In this document: positions 1 to 7,618 of the stretch, one piece after another | Layout: every line of letters begins with the position of its first letter | How positions within the stretch are numbered: the stretch's first letter is position 1 | Source: a virus | Taxonomy: Duplodnaviria; Caudoviricetes | IMG/VR virus record: IMGVR_UViG_3300011335_000821 | Span: 1-34,814 of that record | Length of the DNA: 34,814 nt | Strand: one strand, 5' to 3' | Translations under genes and position numbers: made by a program | Notes under the pieces: model-generated | What the model saw: the letters and a program-made list of their open reading frames with translations, nothing else | The model's database searches: none | What the model was told of the DNA's origin: nothing

Positions 1-291
1 TCAGAAAGGGTAGAAAAAAAGAAAAATGAAGTAGCTCAAGGAACATCAATGGCTGCAGATAATAAAGGTAAATCACGTTCGGGTGCAGGGGCTTTTGCAC
101 TTGGTGCAGGAACAGCCCTCGCCGCAAAGGGTATTGTTAAAAAATCTTCAAGAAAAATAAAAGAAATGATATCTAATGCTAAAGATAAAAAAATGGCAGG
201 TTCAGTTAAAGTTGGCGGAATGTATGGAGATGTAAAAAAATTAGCAAAAAGTTCTGCTAAATACGCAAAAGTAGCAGGAAAAGTAGCAGGA
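1..291. repeat. Terminal direct repeat / circular assembly overlap, left copy (matches 34524-34814)
   Basis: Hand alignment gives 283/291 identity, with mismatches at positions 5, 8, 12, 31, 42, 90, 154 and 261. Confidence 0.97.
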
Positions 292-366
292 AAAGCACTT
301 GATAGAAAAATTCCTGGTTCTTCAAAAATTATAAAGTCAATGTTTAGTGCTAAAGTAAAGAAGTAA
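1..366 (+). CDS. C-terminal part of the LysM-domain basic protein that starts at 34272 and wraps across the join (205 aa in total)
   Basis: Frame 1 is open from base 1. The ATG at 49 corresponds to 34572, exactly 100 codons after the ATG at 34272. Lys-rich, with a KVAGKVAGK repeat. Confidence 0.85.
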   Translation, partial: SERVEKKKNEVAQGTSMAADNKGKSRSGAGAFALGAGTALAAKGIVKKSSRKIKEMISNAKDKKMAGSVKVGGMYGDVKKLAKSSAKYAKVAGKVAGKALDRKIPGSSKIIKSMFSAKVKK

Positions 367-370
367 TGAT

Positions 371-763
371 ATGTATACAAAGCCTACATTGCGTGAGTCT
401 ATTAAAAACAAAATTATGGCAGGCACAAAAGGCGGTAATTCAGGACAATGGTCTGCAAGAAAAGCACAGCTTGTTGCTTTAGAGTATAAAAAAGCAGGCG
501 GAGGATATACAGGGGAAAAGAAATCCCCTCAAAAATCCTTGACCAAATGGACTGGACAAGACTGGGGAACTAAATCAGGGAAACCAAGCACTCAAGGAAA
601 AGAAGCAACAGGAGAAAGATACCTTCCCAAAAAGGCTATACAAAGTTTATCCGCTTCTGAATATTCAAAAACTTCTAAAGCAAAACAAGAAGGAACAAAA
701 GCAGGAAAACAATTTGTTAAACAACCTAAAAAAATAGCACAAAAGACATCAAAGTTTACTTGA
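371..763 (+). CDS. Small basic phage protein, DUF5872-like
   Basis: Motifs KGGNSGQWSARKAQL..EYKKAGGGY and SLTKWT.QDWGT..GERYLP, recalled as DUF5872; very Lys/Gly-rich. Confidence 0.75.
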   Translation: MYTKPTLRESIKNKIMAGTKGGNSGQWSARKAQLVALEYKKAGGGYTGEKKSPQKSLTKWTGQDWGTKSGKPSTQGKEATGERYLPKKAIQSLSASEYSKTSKAKQEGTKAGKQFVKQPKKIAQKTSKFT

Positions 764-785
764 CCCCTTCTTGGGGTCTTTTATT
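762..785 (+). terminator. Rho-independent terminator closing the late/basic-protein transcript
   Basis: GACCCC-ttctt-GGGGTC hairpin followed by TTTTATT, overlapping the stop codon of 371..763. Confidence 0.8.
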
Positions 786-813
786 TGACTAATATAATTT
801 AATTATGTATATT
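785..813 (+). promoter_or_regulatory. Sigma-A-type promoter for the DUF3310/phosphoesterase unit
   Basis: TTGACT (785-790), 17 bp spacer, TATATT (808-813); RBS AAAGGA before the ATG at 846. Confidence 0.65.
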
Positions 814-845
814 GAAAGTAAATGTTATAAAAGAAAGGAAATGTA

Positions 846-1064
846 ATGGATAACATTAATCCAACGCATTATAAAGAAGGCAAAGTGGAATGTATTGATG
901 CAATAGAGTCTGCAACTAACAATTTATCTGGCACAGATTCTTACTATGTTGGTAACATAATAAAGTATATCTGGAGATTTCAACATAAAAATGGAATTGA
1001 AGATTTAAAGAAGGCTAGATGGTATTTAGAAAGAATGATTCAAAATAAGGAGAGTGGAAAGTGA
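846..1064 (+). CDS. DUF3310 / SaV-like protein (family includes T7 gp1.7 nucleotide kinase)
   Basis: DNINPTHY...ECIDAI...GNIIKYIWR..HKNGIEDLKKARWYL is the family signature. Confidence 0.9.
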   Translation: MDNINPTHYKEGKVECIDAIESATNNLSGTDSYYVGNIIKYIWRFQHKNGIEDLKKARWYLERMIQNKESGK

Positions 1065-1849
1065 AATATATCAAAGCAGGACACGATAGGGAACTTAAAG
1101 AAATTATTTTATTTCCAATTGGTGATTTGCATATAGGTTCTCCACACTTCGATAAAAAAGAATTAATAAATCAGTTAAAATTAATTGATGCAAACAGGGA
1201 TAAAGCACGAATCATCATTATGGGGGATTTAGCCGAAACTGCATTGAAAGATTCAGTTGGAGCGGGTGTGTATGAGCAACAAGAAAATGCACAACAACAA
1301 ATGATGACAGCCAAGGTTTTGTTATACCCTTACAGAGATTTGATTGATGGCATTGTAACTGGTAATCATGAAGAACGAACTTATAAAAATTCTGGATTTG
1401 ATTTAATGTTATACTTTGCACAGATCATGGAATTAGAAGACAAATACATGAGATATCAAGGAGTAATTAGTTACACAATTTTCAAAAGGGACTTTAATGT
1501 TTCTGTTTGGCATGGTTCAGGTGGTGGTGGTACTGCTGGTGGGGCAATGAATCGTTTACAGAAGCAAGCAGATACTGTGTTCGCTGATTTATATCTTATG
1601 GGACATGTTCACAGAAGACAAGCACATACAAAGGTAATGTACGTGCCTGATAACAGGAATGGTAAAATAGATTTGGTGAAGCAGGTATTTGTAGTTACAG
1701 GTTCAGCACTTACTCATGAAGGTTCTTATGCAGAAATGGCAGGATTTGCACCAACGGAAAAAGGATTTCCTAAAATAACATTATCCGTTGAAATGCAGGT
1801 AAAAGGTAATTTTAAATTAAGAAAAAAAATAATAAAGGTGGAGATATAA
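1061..1849 (+). CDS. Calcineurin-like metallophosphoesterase
   Basis: All five metal-binding motifs are present in order: GDLHIG, MGDL, GNHE, WHG, GHVH. Confidence 0.9.
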   Translation: MKYIKAGHDRELKEIILFPIGDLHIGSPHFDKKELINQLKLIDANRDKARIIIMGDLAETALKDSVGAGVYEQQENAQQQMMTAKVLLYPYRDLIDGIVTGNHEERTYKNSGFDLMLYFAQIMELEDKYMRYQGVISYTIFKRDFNVSVWHGSGGGGTAGGAMNRLQKQADTVFADLYLMGHVHRRQAHTKVMYVPDNRNGKIDLVKQVFVVTGSALTHEGSYAEMAGFAPTEKGFPKITLSVEMQVKGNFKLRKKIIKVEI

Positions 1850-2043
1850 TGGAAACAAATATCTTTCTAGAAATAGATTTTGAAGATTGGTTCGATTATA
1901 TGTTTGAAAATTTAATAAAGAATGGGTTTGTAGCAGATGAAGAATTTATAGTTTTTTTTATGGAAACAAGTTTAAATTTTTTTGAAGAAAGAAGTTTATT
2001 TTCAAAAGTCGATATGAATGAAGGAATAGAATATGACGATTAG
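1849..2043 (+). CDS. Small acidic hypothetical protein
   Basis: TAATG stop/start coupling with the upstream gene, RBS GGTGGAG, D/E/F-rich 64 aa. Confidence 0.75.
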   Translation: METNIFLEIDFEDWFDYMFENLIKNGFVADEEFIVFFMETSLNFFEERSLFSKVDMNEGIEYDD

Positions 2044-2045
2044 TT

Positions 2046-2492
2046 TTATTTATTTTTATTCAGAATAAAATTCAATGCAATTTTAGGTATATTAATTTTT
2101 TTAGCTAATTCAGTTCTTTTCATAAATTTATTTTCTTCTAGAATTAAATACTGCAGACTAGTAATTTTATAATTCATCATTTTATTTAAAAATCCATCTT
2201 CCGAAAAATCACTTTGATTAATTTCGGAACTTGTTTTTTCTAAATTTAAATTGTGTCCTTCTTGAATCAACTGTCTTAGTAATCTGTACAACCTTTCTTT
2301 AGATACTTGCAATATTCTTGACATTCTATTTCTTGAAATTTTTTCTGAAGTTAATCTTAGGATTTCTTTTTTTAATTTATTATCCTCTGAAATTGTTTTA
2401 ATTTGTGCTTCTGTTAACTGTGTGGATTCTTCTAAGTATACAAGATCATATGATTGTCCTTGATATTTTGGTAATTCGAGTTCTTCATTCAT
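2046..2492 (-). CDS. HTH-containing protein (possible late regulator) with an N-terminal TerL-like peptide
   Basis: RBS AAGGAG. Two HTH-like segments (SRNRMSRILQVSKERLYRLL; KRTELAKKINIPKIALNFIL). Residues 10-36 match TerL residues 109-135. Last gene of the leftward arm. Confidence 0.7.
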   Translation of the reverse strand: MNEELELPKYQGQSYDLVYLEESTQLTEAQIKTISEDNKLKKEILRLTSEKISRNRMSRILQVSKERLYRLLRQLIQEGHNLNLEKTSSEINQSDFSEDGFLNKMMNYKITSLQYLILEENKFMKRTELAKKINIPKIALNFILNKNK

Positions 2493-2509
2493 TTTTTTTC
2501 TCCTTTTAT

Positions 2510-3001
2510 TTAACTATTTGGTAAAACTAAAACTTTTAATTTTTGACGACCGAATATCTGAGCGTCCATTAAATCTTCCATGTAAACATCTAACTTTCCT
2601 TCTGCAATTGCTGAGCCTCTATCCTGACATGTAAAAACCGTATCAAATGCAGGGATATACACTTTTATGCCAAACTCAAAACTGTATGGACAAGCTAAAG
2701 TAATTCTTTCAACTGCCATTTCTCCACTTGCTGTCACTCCATAGGCTTCGTGTCCTTCTCTTTTACCCGTTGATTCATACCCTGCTGTGTAAGCCGTAAC
2801 TTCAAATTCTTCGTAATCACTTATTAATTTTTTAATATACACAATTTCTTTTTTTGGGACATATACGATTTCCTTTTTAGAAACAGTTGGTTCTGATTTG
2901 ACAACATTCCAAGCTAATTTAACAACAAATACTAAACTATAACTTAAAATTAAAATTAAAAAAATCCAACAAAAAATACTCATTAGTATTCTTTTTATCA
3001 T
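2510..3001 (-). CDS. Membrane-anchored 3D-domain (MltA-like) cell-wall protein
   Basis: N-terminal hydrophobic helix, then EVTAYT...TASG...DRGSAI...KLDVY typical of the 3D domain. Confidence 0.88.
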   Translation of the reverse strand: MIKRILMSIFCWIFLILILSYSLVFVVKLAWNVVKSEPTVSKKEIVYVPKKEIVYIKKLISDYEEFEVTAYTAGYESTGKREGHEAYGVTASGEMAVERITLACPYSFEFGIKVYIPAFDTVFTCQDRGSAIAEGKLDVYMEDLMDAQIFGRQKLKVLVLPNS

Positions 3002-3009
3002 ATTTCACC

Positions 3010-3657
3010 TTACTTTCCATATAAATTATCCATATTTAAACCATCTTCTAAACTTTTTTGATAATATTCTTTGAAATATTTTTCAGTAACTTCAAAATTA
3101 GATAAATGTCCAAAACCTGTTGTGGTATCGCAATACATTTTCACTCCTGCTTTTTTTAACTTTAAACAAAAAGTTAAATCTTCTCCAAGTCCTCGTTTAG
3201 GAAAAAAATATGGTTTTTTTAAATTTTTAAAAACTTCTCTTTTGATTAACACACAAGCCATTCCCGCACCTTCGATTTCTAGAATCCCTTCACTGTAATC
3301 AATAGGAACTTCTAATAATGGTTGATTATTTTGATACGTTAACTTTGTATAAAAACATGGTTGGAAAGGTGGTGTCCTTTTGAAAGCCATTGCTGTCACA
3401 AACGGAAGATTATATGAAGCAAGTTTATCTACATCTTTTGGTTCAAATGTCATATCTGAGTCTATGAATAGAATTGCATCACAACTTGATGCTAAAAAAC
3501 CTTCAACCATTTTTTCTCTAACATCATAAATCAAACTGCTCGATGTACAAGTGAAATCAAAGGTATGTTCACCTCTATGTCCAAACAATTTCATAAAACT
3601 AATAAATGTTGCATAGTCTACTGATCTGTGTACAGGTATTCCTACCATAATTCTCAT
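3010..3657 (-). CDS. GT-A fold (family 2-like) glycosyltransferase
   Basis: N-terminal hhhGIP strand, DxD motif in LFIDSDM, GAGMACVLIKREVF, GEDLTFC and a C-terminal GH. Confidence 0.82.
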   Translation of the reverse strand: MRIMVGIPVHRSVDYATFISFMKLFGHRGEHTFDFTCTSSSLIYDVREKMVEGFLASSCDAILFIDSDMTFEPKDVDKLASYNLPFVTAMAFKRTPPFQPCFYTKLTYQNNQPLLEVPIDYSEGILEIEGAGMACVLIKREVFKNLKKPYFFPKRGLGEDLTFCLKLKKAGVKMYCDTTTGFGHLSNFEVTEKYFKEYYQKSLEDGLNMDNLYGK

Positions 3658-3696
3658 TATTATTCCTCCTTCCCGACAATGAAGTCGGGATATATG

Positions 3697-4050
3697 TTAT
3701 TCTTCTCTTTCAATACTTTGTTTCTGGTTAAATCCACTTGGATATCTTTTTTCTAATTTTTCAATATTGCTTCTAGCCACATCATTTAAATTTATCCCAT
3801 GAATTAATGCTAAATTTGAAACGTACCATAACACATCACCTAGTTCTAATTTAAGTTTTTCTTTATCAATTTCATGACCATGAAAATATACTTTCTTTAA
3901 ATAATCAACTACCTCTCCTGCTTCTCCCGCTAAACCCATAGATAAATTAGAAATAGATAAAAGTCTATCCACAAAGGATAATGTTAAAAAAGCTTCAGGT
4001 TTCATATTCATCGTTCTTTTTGAATAATGCTGATAATCACTAAAATTCAT
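3697..4050 (-). CDS. mazG: MazG-like nucleoside triphosphate pyrophosphohydrolase
   Basis: GLAGEAGEV..KK....H...ELGDVLWY...N..KL.KRYP.GF. Confidence 0.92.
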   Translation of the reverse strand: MNFSDYQHYSKRTMNMKPEAFLTLSFVDRLLSISNLSMGLAGEAGEVVDYLKKVYFHGHEIDKEKLKLELGDVLWYVSNLALIHGINLNDVARSNIEKLEKRYPSGFNQKQSIEREE

Positions 4051-4418
4051 TTTTTCACCTCCTCAAATTCGATTTCTACTCTTGGGTTAGCTTTGTCAAT
4101 TTCAAAGTCCATGATTCGTGGCAATGCCCACCTATCATCTACGTATATCCCTGCCGTTTCTAAGGCATCCATGAGTATTTTAAGTGTATTGTGCGTATCT
4201 CGCCTTCTGTGGTCTGGGAAGTAGTACCAAAGCTTTACAATCGTCTTGTACTGGCACGTTTGCCATCCGTTCTTCTGTTGCCAAACTTTTGTTAAGATTA
4301 CAGCATCTTCAAACCAACTCTTTGCTGACTTGCTCAATATCCTTGTAAGCCTGTGTCCAATTCGACCGTTAATGTACATGTGATTTACGCTTGGTGGTAA
4401 TCTCAAAGTTAGTTTCAA
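4047..4418 (-). CDS. rusA: RusA-family Holliday junction resolvase
   Basis: LPPSVNH, RRDTHNTLKILMDAL..AGIYVDD, NPRVEI; TTG start with a GGGTG RBS. Confidence 0.9.
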   Translation of the reverse strand: MKLTLRLPPSVNHMYINGRIGHRLTRILSKSAKSWFEDAVILTKVWQQKNGWQTCQYKTIVKLWYYFPDHRRRDTHNTLKILMDALETAGIYVDDRWALPRIMDFEIDKANPRVEIEFEEVKK

Positions 4419-4594
4419 AATATCACCCTGAATTCTATTTCTTTCTGAATTCTCCGCATCACTTCAGAACATGACTTTTCATTGAATTTAAACGTTGTTT
4501 TCATTTCTAAAAAAGCGTCTGCGTATTCATCCAAAAGTTCTTCAACATTCATTGATTTAATTTCATATTCTTCAAGAATTCTATCATAGTTCAT
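4415..4594 (-). CDS. 59-aa hypothetical protein (not in ORF track): MNYDRILEEYEIKSMNVEELLDEYADAF...EFRVIF
   Basis: Hand-translated; RBS GGAGGG before the ATG at 4594; its stop overlaps the rusA start. Confidence 0.75.
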   Translation of the reverse strand: MNYDRILEEYEIKSMNVEELLDEYADAFLEMKTTFKFNEKSCSEVMRRIQKEIEFRVIF

Positions 4595-4610
4595 CTCTAT
4601 CCCTCCAAAT

Positions 4611-4799
4611 TTATATTTTACCTTTTTTACCTAAATCAATTAAAAGCAATGCAATTTCCTCAATTGGTCTACGTACTACTTCCGACAATTCAATTATCTT
4701 TTTTCCACTTTTGTAACCATTTATAACCCTTTTTGCTTCTCCATTTGTCCAGTAATAATCTAAATCTGCTAGTGCTATGAATCCGTTCGAGTCCATCAT
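4611..4799 (-). CDS. Small HTH-like protein of the type found after helicase-loader genes in Bacillus phages
   Basis: RBS AGGAGGG; pattern LDYYWT..E...GKKIIELSEVVRRPIEEIALLLID. Confidence 0.7.
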   Translation of the reverse strand: MMDSNGFIALADLDYYWTNGEAKRVINGYKSGKKIIELSEVVRRPIEEIALLLIDLGKKGKI

Positions 4800-4971
4800 C
4801 TACCCTCCTTATTCTTTCCATTAGTTGTTCAGTGTCCCATAATGGTTCTCCGTATTCCAAAAACTTGTACATTGGTTCACTGATATTTAACTTTTGTGCC
4901 ATTTCCGTTTGTGATAAGTTATGCTTTTTTCTTATGGAAACAAGCAACTCGTTAAGTTTCATCTGTATCAC
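4690..4971 (-). CDS. XRE/Cro-type HTH protein
   Basis: LVSIRKKHNLSQTEMAQKLNISEPMYKFLEYG. The 3' end overlaps the next gene by 110 nt. Start is 4971 or 4962. Confidence 0.75.
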   Translation of the reverse strand: MIQMKLNELLVSIRKKHNLSQTEMAQKLNISEPMYKFLEYGEPLWDTEQLMERIRRVDDGLERIHSTSRFRLLLDKWRSKKGYKWLQKWKKDN

Positions 4972-5788
4972 TCTTTAACCTGTAATTTAAATCCTTTCCT
5001 TTTAACTCAACCCTGTAACCTCTTGTCATTTCATATATTCTGGATCCGATAGCTTCATCAAATGCAATGATTTCGTCCATCGATTTTTCTGAACTTATAA
5101 GCATTGGCAAATTGTTCATGTATCGGTAGTTAATTACCGCAAACATTTGTTCTAGCTGAAAAGCTGTGGGCTGAGTTCTACCTTTAAATAAATCGTCAAT
5201 AAACAGAACATCAATCGTCTGCATTTTATTAATCTTCGCTTCCATCTCATCAAAGTTCGACTTGATTTCATTAAAACCTTCAACGAATGGAAAGTAAAGT
5301 AAAGGTACAGCTTTTTCTAAAAGTTGATTAGCGATTGCCATTAATAGATGAGTCTTTCCGCATCCACTTTGACCTAATAACGCTGTAGAATTTACTCTGT
5401 CATGTCTTATGTCATCAAAGTTTCCTGAGTACATTATGGCACACATGTGAGCGTTACGAACGATGTCTTGAAGGTATGCAGGCGAAAAACTCTGGAAAGT
5501 TTTCTTTCGGAACTCAAATGTTATCTTTGAAGTATTTATAACTCTCTCTGCTCTACCTTGTTTAAAGCAATTACAAACTGCATAAAACTCTAATCCTTCT
5601 TCATTTTTTTTGACATAACCTCCATTATCCTGACAAATTTGACATTGATAAGTAATCGATTCCTGACGATTTTGCGAGTGCGATGTAATCGATTTGTTTG
5701 AATCTAGGTTTTGGCTCATCAGTTTCATTGCTTGTATTTTTTCTATTATCGTTTGGAAGTCCATATCCCTTAGACTTTTCATTTTCAT
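4952..5788 (-). CDS. DnaC/IstB-like AAA+ helicase loader
   Basis: Zn motif CQICQD...CNC, Walker A GQSGCGKT, Walker B VLFIDDL, IGSRIYEM. Start set at the ATG at 5788 (or 5782) after GGAAAGGG. Confidence 0.9.
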   Translation of the reverse strand: MKMKSLRDMDFQTIIEKIQAMKLMSQNLDSNKSITSHSQNRQESITYQCQICQDNGGYVKKNEEGLEFYAVCNCFKQGRAERVINTSKITFEFRKKTFQSFSPAYLQDIVRNAHMCAIMYSGNFDDIRHDRVNSTALLGQSGCGKTHLLMAIANQLLEKAVPLLYFPFVEGFNEIKSNFDEMEAKINKMQTIDVLFIDDLFKGRTQPTAFQLEQMFAVINYRYMNNLPMLISSEKSMDEIIAFDEAIGSRIYEMTRGYRVELKGKDLNYRLKSDTDET

Positions 5789-6476
5789 TGACCCTTTCCA
5801 ATACCCAACCAATCAAAACGTGATAGTGGGATTTATATTTTTTTCCTGAAGTCATAAGATAGTTGTTAAGGGTTTCAATTCCTTTATTCAACTTTTCTTC
5901 TGTTTCATATCTTTCAATTAACTTTTGATATTCTATATCAGATATTTCAACACACTCATTATATATTTTCTTTGTTAATTCTTTATCTTGTTTGACCTTT
6001 GTTGACTTTTGTTTTTCTGTATCATCTTCAACTATACTATCCTTACCTAACCTATCCTTACCTAACCTATCCTTACCTAACCTAACCTGTGTAGACGGAT
6101 TGTCTACATTCTGTATACATTTTGTATACACGCTTTCTTCACACTCATAAACTCCATCGACTTCGTTTATTTTTTCAAACTCCTCGCTGTAAATCGTCTT
6201 GGTATATCTATCCTTGGATATATAGTTGTGTAGCCTCCAATGTTTTATTACACATACCCCAGTTTCAAAGGGAATTAAGTATTGTTTAGCAATTAAAAGT
6301 TTAAAATCATCGTTAGAACAACCTGTCATCCTTTGTATTTTTTTTGGTGATGCAACAAACCCATCGTCATCCGCTCGCATGGATAAATCGTAATATAAAA
6401 GTCTAGCACTACTTGGCATGTCAATAAATTCATCGGTATCTATCACTTTTAAACTAAACATTCTTCGCTGAGCCAT
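5625..6476 (-). CDS. Phage replication initiator (replisome organiser)
   Basis: N-terminus MAQRRMFS..IDTDEFIDMP..ARLLYYDL.MRADDDGFV; internal iteron-like repeats; RLGKD repeats; lies directly upstream of the loader; RBS GAGG before 6476. Confidence 0.88.
   Translation of the reverse strand: MAQRRMFSLKVIDTDEFIDMPSSARLLYYDLSMRADDDGFVASPKKIQRMTGCSNDDFKLLIAKQYLIPFETGVCVIKHWRLHNYISKDRYTKTIYSEEFEKINEVDGVYECEESVYTKCIQNVDNPSTQVRLGKDRLGKDRLGKDSIVEDDTEKQKSTKVKQDKELTKKIYNECVEISDIEYQKLIERYETEEKLNKGIETLNNYLMTSGKKYKSHYHVLIGWVLERVNENEKSKGYGLPNDNRKNTSNETDEPKPRFKQIDYIALAKSSGIDYLSMSNLSG
6037..6081. repeat. 3 x 15-bp perfect tandem repeat CTATCCTTACCTAAC (encodes RLGKD x3)
   Basis: Copies start at 6037, 6052 and 6067. 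Confidence 0.95.
6090..6133. other. Putative replication origin: four 11-bp-spaced iterons inside the initiator gene
   Basis: TGTAGACGGAT / TGTCTACATTC / TGTATACATTT / TGTATACACGC with palindromic core TGTATACA. An origin inside the initiator gene is the lambda-O-type arrangement. Confidence 0.7.
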
Positions 6477-6600
6477 CTCTTTCCTCCTGTTCATCAATCA
6501 ACGTTTTAATCATTTTACCCATTGTCACCTTTTTCAAAGTTGCCATTACTTTGAGCTCGTAATGCGTATCATTATCCATCCAAATAATTTTTTTATCCAC
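6454..6600 (-). CDS. 48-aa ribbon-helix-helix-like protein (not in ORF track): MDKKIIWMDNDTHYELKVMATLKKVTMGKMIKTLIDEQ...
   Basis: Hand-translated; GTG start after a perfect GGAGGTG RBS; alternating strand followed by two helices, typical of RHH. Confidence 0.75.
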   Translation of the reverse strand: MDKKIIWMDNDTHYELKVMATLKKVTMGKMIKTLIDEQEERDGSAKNV

Positions 6601-6621
6601 TTTTTTCACCTCCATTTATAA

Positions 6622-6650
6622 ATTGTATCACACTATTAATCATATTACAA
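6622..6650 (-). promoter_or_regulatory. Sigma-A-type promoter of the replication operon
   Basis: TTGTAA, 17 bp spacer, TACAAT with an extended TGn, upstream of the RHH gene. Confidence 0.65.
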
Positions 6651-6790
6651 TTGATAATTTAAATACATAATTAATTTACTTAACACCTCTTTTTTTAGGT
6701 GAATCTACCCACATTTCAAGACATTCACTATACATTTTCCTTGTTTTTTTGACTACCTCTATCTCTACCTCTTTTTCTACCTCTTTATCA

Positions 6791-6982
6791 TCACTCACTC
6801 TTAACACCTCTTTTTTTCAAGTGAATTTCAGTTGATAAGTCCCCTGAATTACAAGAACTGATTATGAATCTTCTCCAACAATATTCAGTAAACCTACCTT
6901 TTAAAAAACTATTTCTAAAAATCCATAAAAACAAGTAAGCCCTTTGAGTGTAATAAAATCTTTTAAAGCGTAAAATAAACAT
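6791..6982 (-). CDS. Hypothetical basic protein (63 aa, MFILRFKRFYY...)
   Basis: ORF-track 6791..7081 re-started at the ATG at 6982 after GAAGGGAG. Confidence 0.55.
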   Translation of the reverse strand: MFILRFKRFYYTQRAYLFLWIFRNSFLKGRFTEYCWRRFIISSCNSGDLSTEIHLKKRGVKSE

Positions 6983-6983
6983 A

Positions 6984-7115
6984 TTAAAAACTCCCTTCAA
7001 TTTTTTCTTTATACTTTTTAAATTTAACGAACCAATACAATCTTTTTTCGTAACCCATGGAATTATCCAAACGATAGTCACAATAATTTATCATCAACCT
7101 ATAAAATATTTTCAA
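6984..7115 (-). CDS. 43-aa hypothetical protein (not in ORF track): MKIFYRLMINYCDYRLDNSMGYEKRLYWFVKFKKYKKKIEGSF
   Basis: TTG start after a perfect GAGGAGGTG RBS; its stop lies 1 nt before the next ATG. Confidence 0.65.
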   Translation of the reverse strand: MKIFYRLMINYCDYRLDNSMGYEKRLYWFVKFKKYKEKIEGSF

Positions 7116-7267
7116 GATTTCACCTCCTCTTATAACTTGCTTCCACAACGTCCACAGATGCCCTTAAATCAATTTTAAACCTTATTACCTATACTTACAT
7201 TGTATTGCTCCTATGTTGCTAATACAGGCATGATAAAAGGTTCACACCTGTATTGTATACATTCGCA

Positions 7268-7618
7268 CTAGAATGGTAGATCAATATCCTTACCTGCAAA
7301 AAGAACATCATCTGTAACTAAACTGCTTGTTTTTTCTTGCAATAGTTTATCTATAATTATTCTATCCTGATAAACTTTTTTGCCGTCCTTCTCATAATTA
7401 TTATTCTGCAACTTTCCTTCAAAGTGAATCTTATCACCCTTTTTGTAAGAATTCGCAATTTGTTCTGCTAGATCAAAGAAAACAACTAAGTTAAAATAAT
7501 CTGTTTTCTTTTTAGCATCCGTGATTGAAATGCTGATTCTTGAAAATGCTGTTCCATTAGCTGAATATTTAAAATCTACGTCCTTAACTAAAACTCCTTG
7601 CATAATAAGTTTATTCAT
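7268..7618 (-). CDS. ssb: Single-stranded DNA-binding protein
   Basis: MNKLIMQGVL..D, KKGDKIHFEGKLQNNNYEKDG, acidic tail DIDLPF. Confidence 0.93.
   Translation of the reverse strand: MNKLIMQGVLVKDVDFKYSANGTAFSRISISITDAKKKTDYFNLVVFFDLAEQIANSYKKGDKIHFEGKLQNNNYEKDGKKVYQDRIIIDKLLQEKTSSLVTDDVLFAGKDIDLPF

Noticed and set aside
1-291. Eight mismatches between the terminal copies as biological diversification or true terminal repeats
   Set aside because: Seven of eight are A/C or G/T swaps and five fall in the first 42 bases, as expected for low-quality read ends. The repeat also cuts through a gene, so an assembly overlap is the simpler reading.
2385-2465. TerL-like duplicate as a diversity-generating retroelement TR/VR pair
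   Set aside because: There is no reverse transcriptase in the genome, and only 8 of the 16 differences have A in this copy, so the changes are not adenine-specific.
6037-6081. 15-bp RLGKD repeats as the origin iterons
   Set aside because: They are in-frame repeats of a linker motif typical of this initiator type. The adjacent 11-bp palindromic repeats fit iterons better.
7116-7267. Small gene or pseudogene in the gap after ssb (a CGRCG-like stretch is visible)
   Set aside because: All three minus-strand frames are broken by stops and no RBS-start pair leads into the motif.
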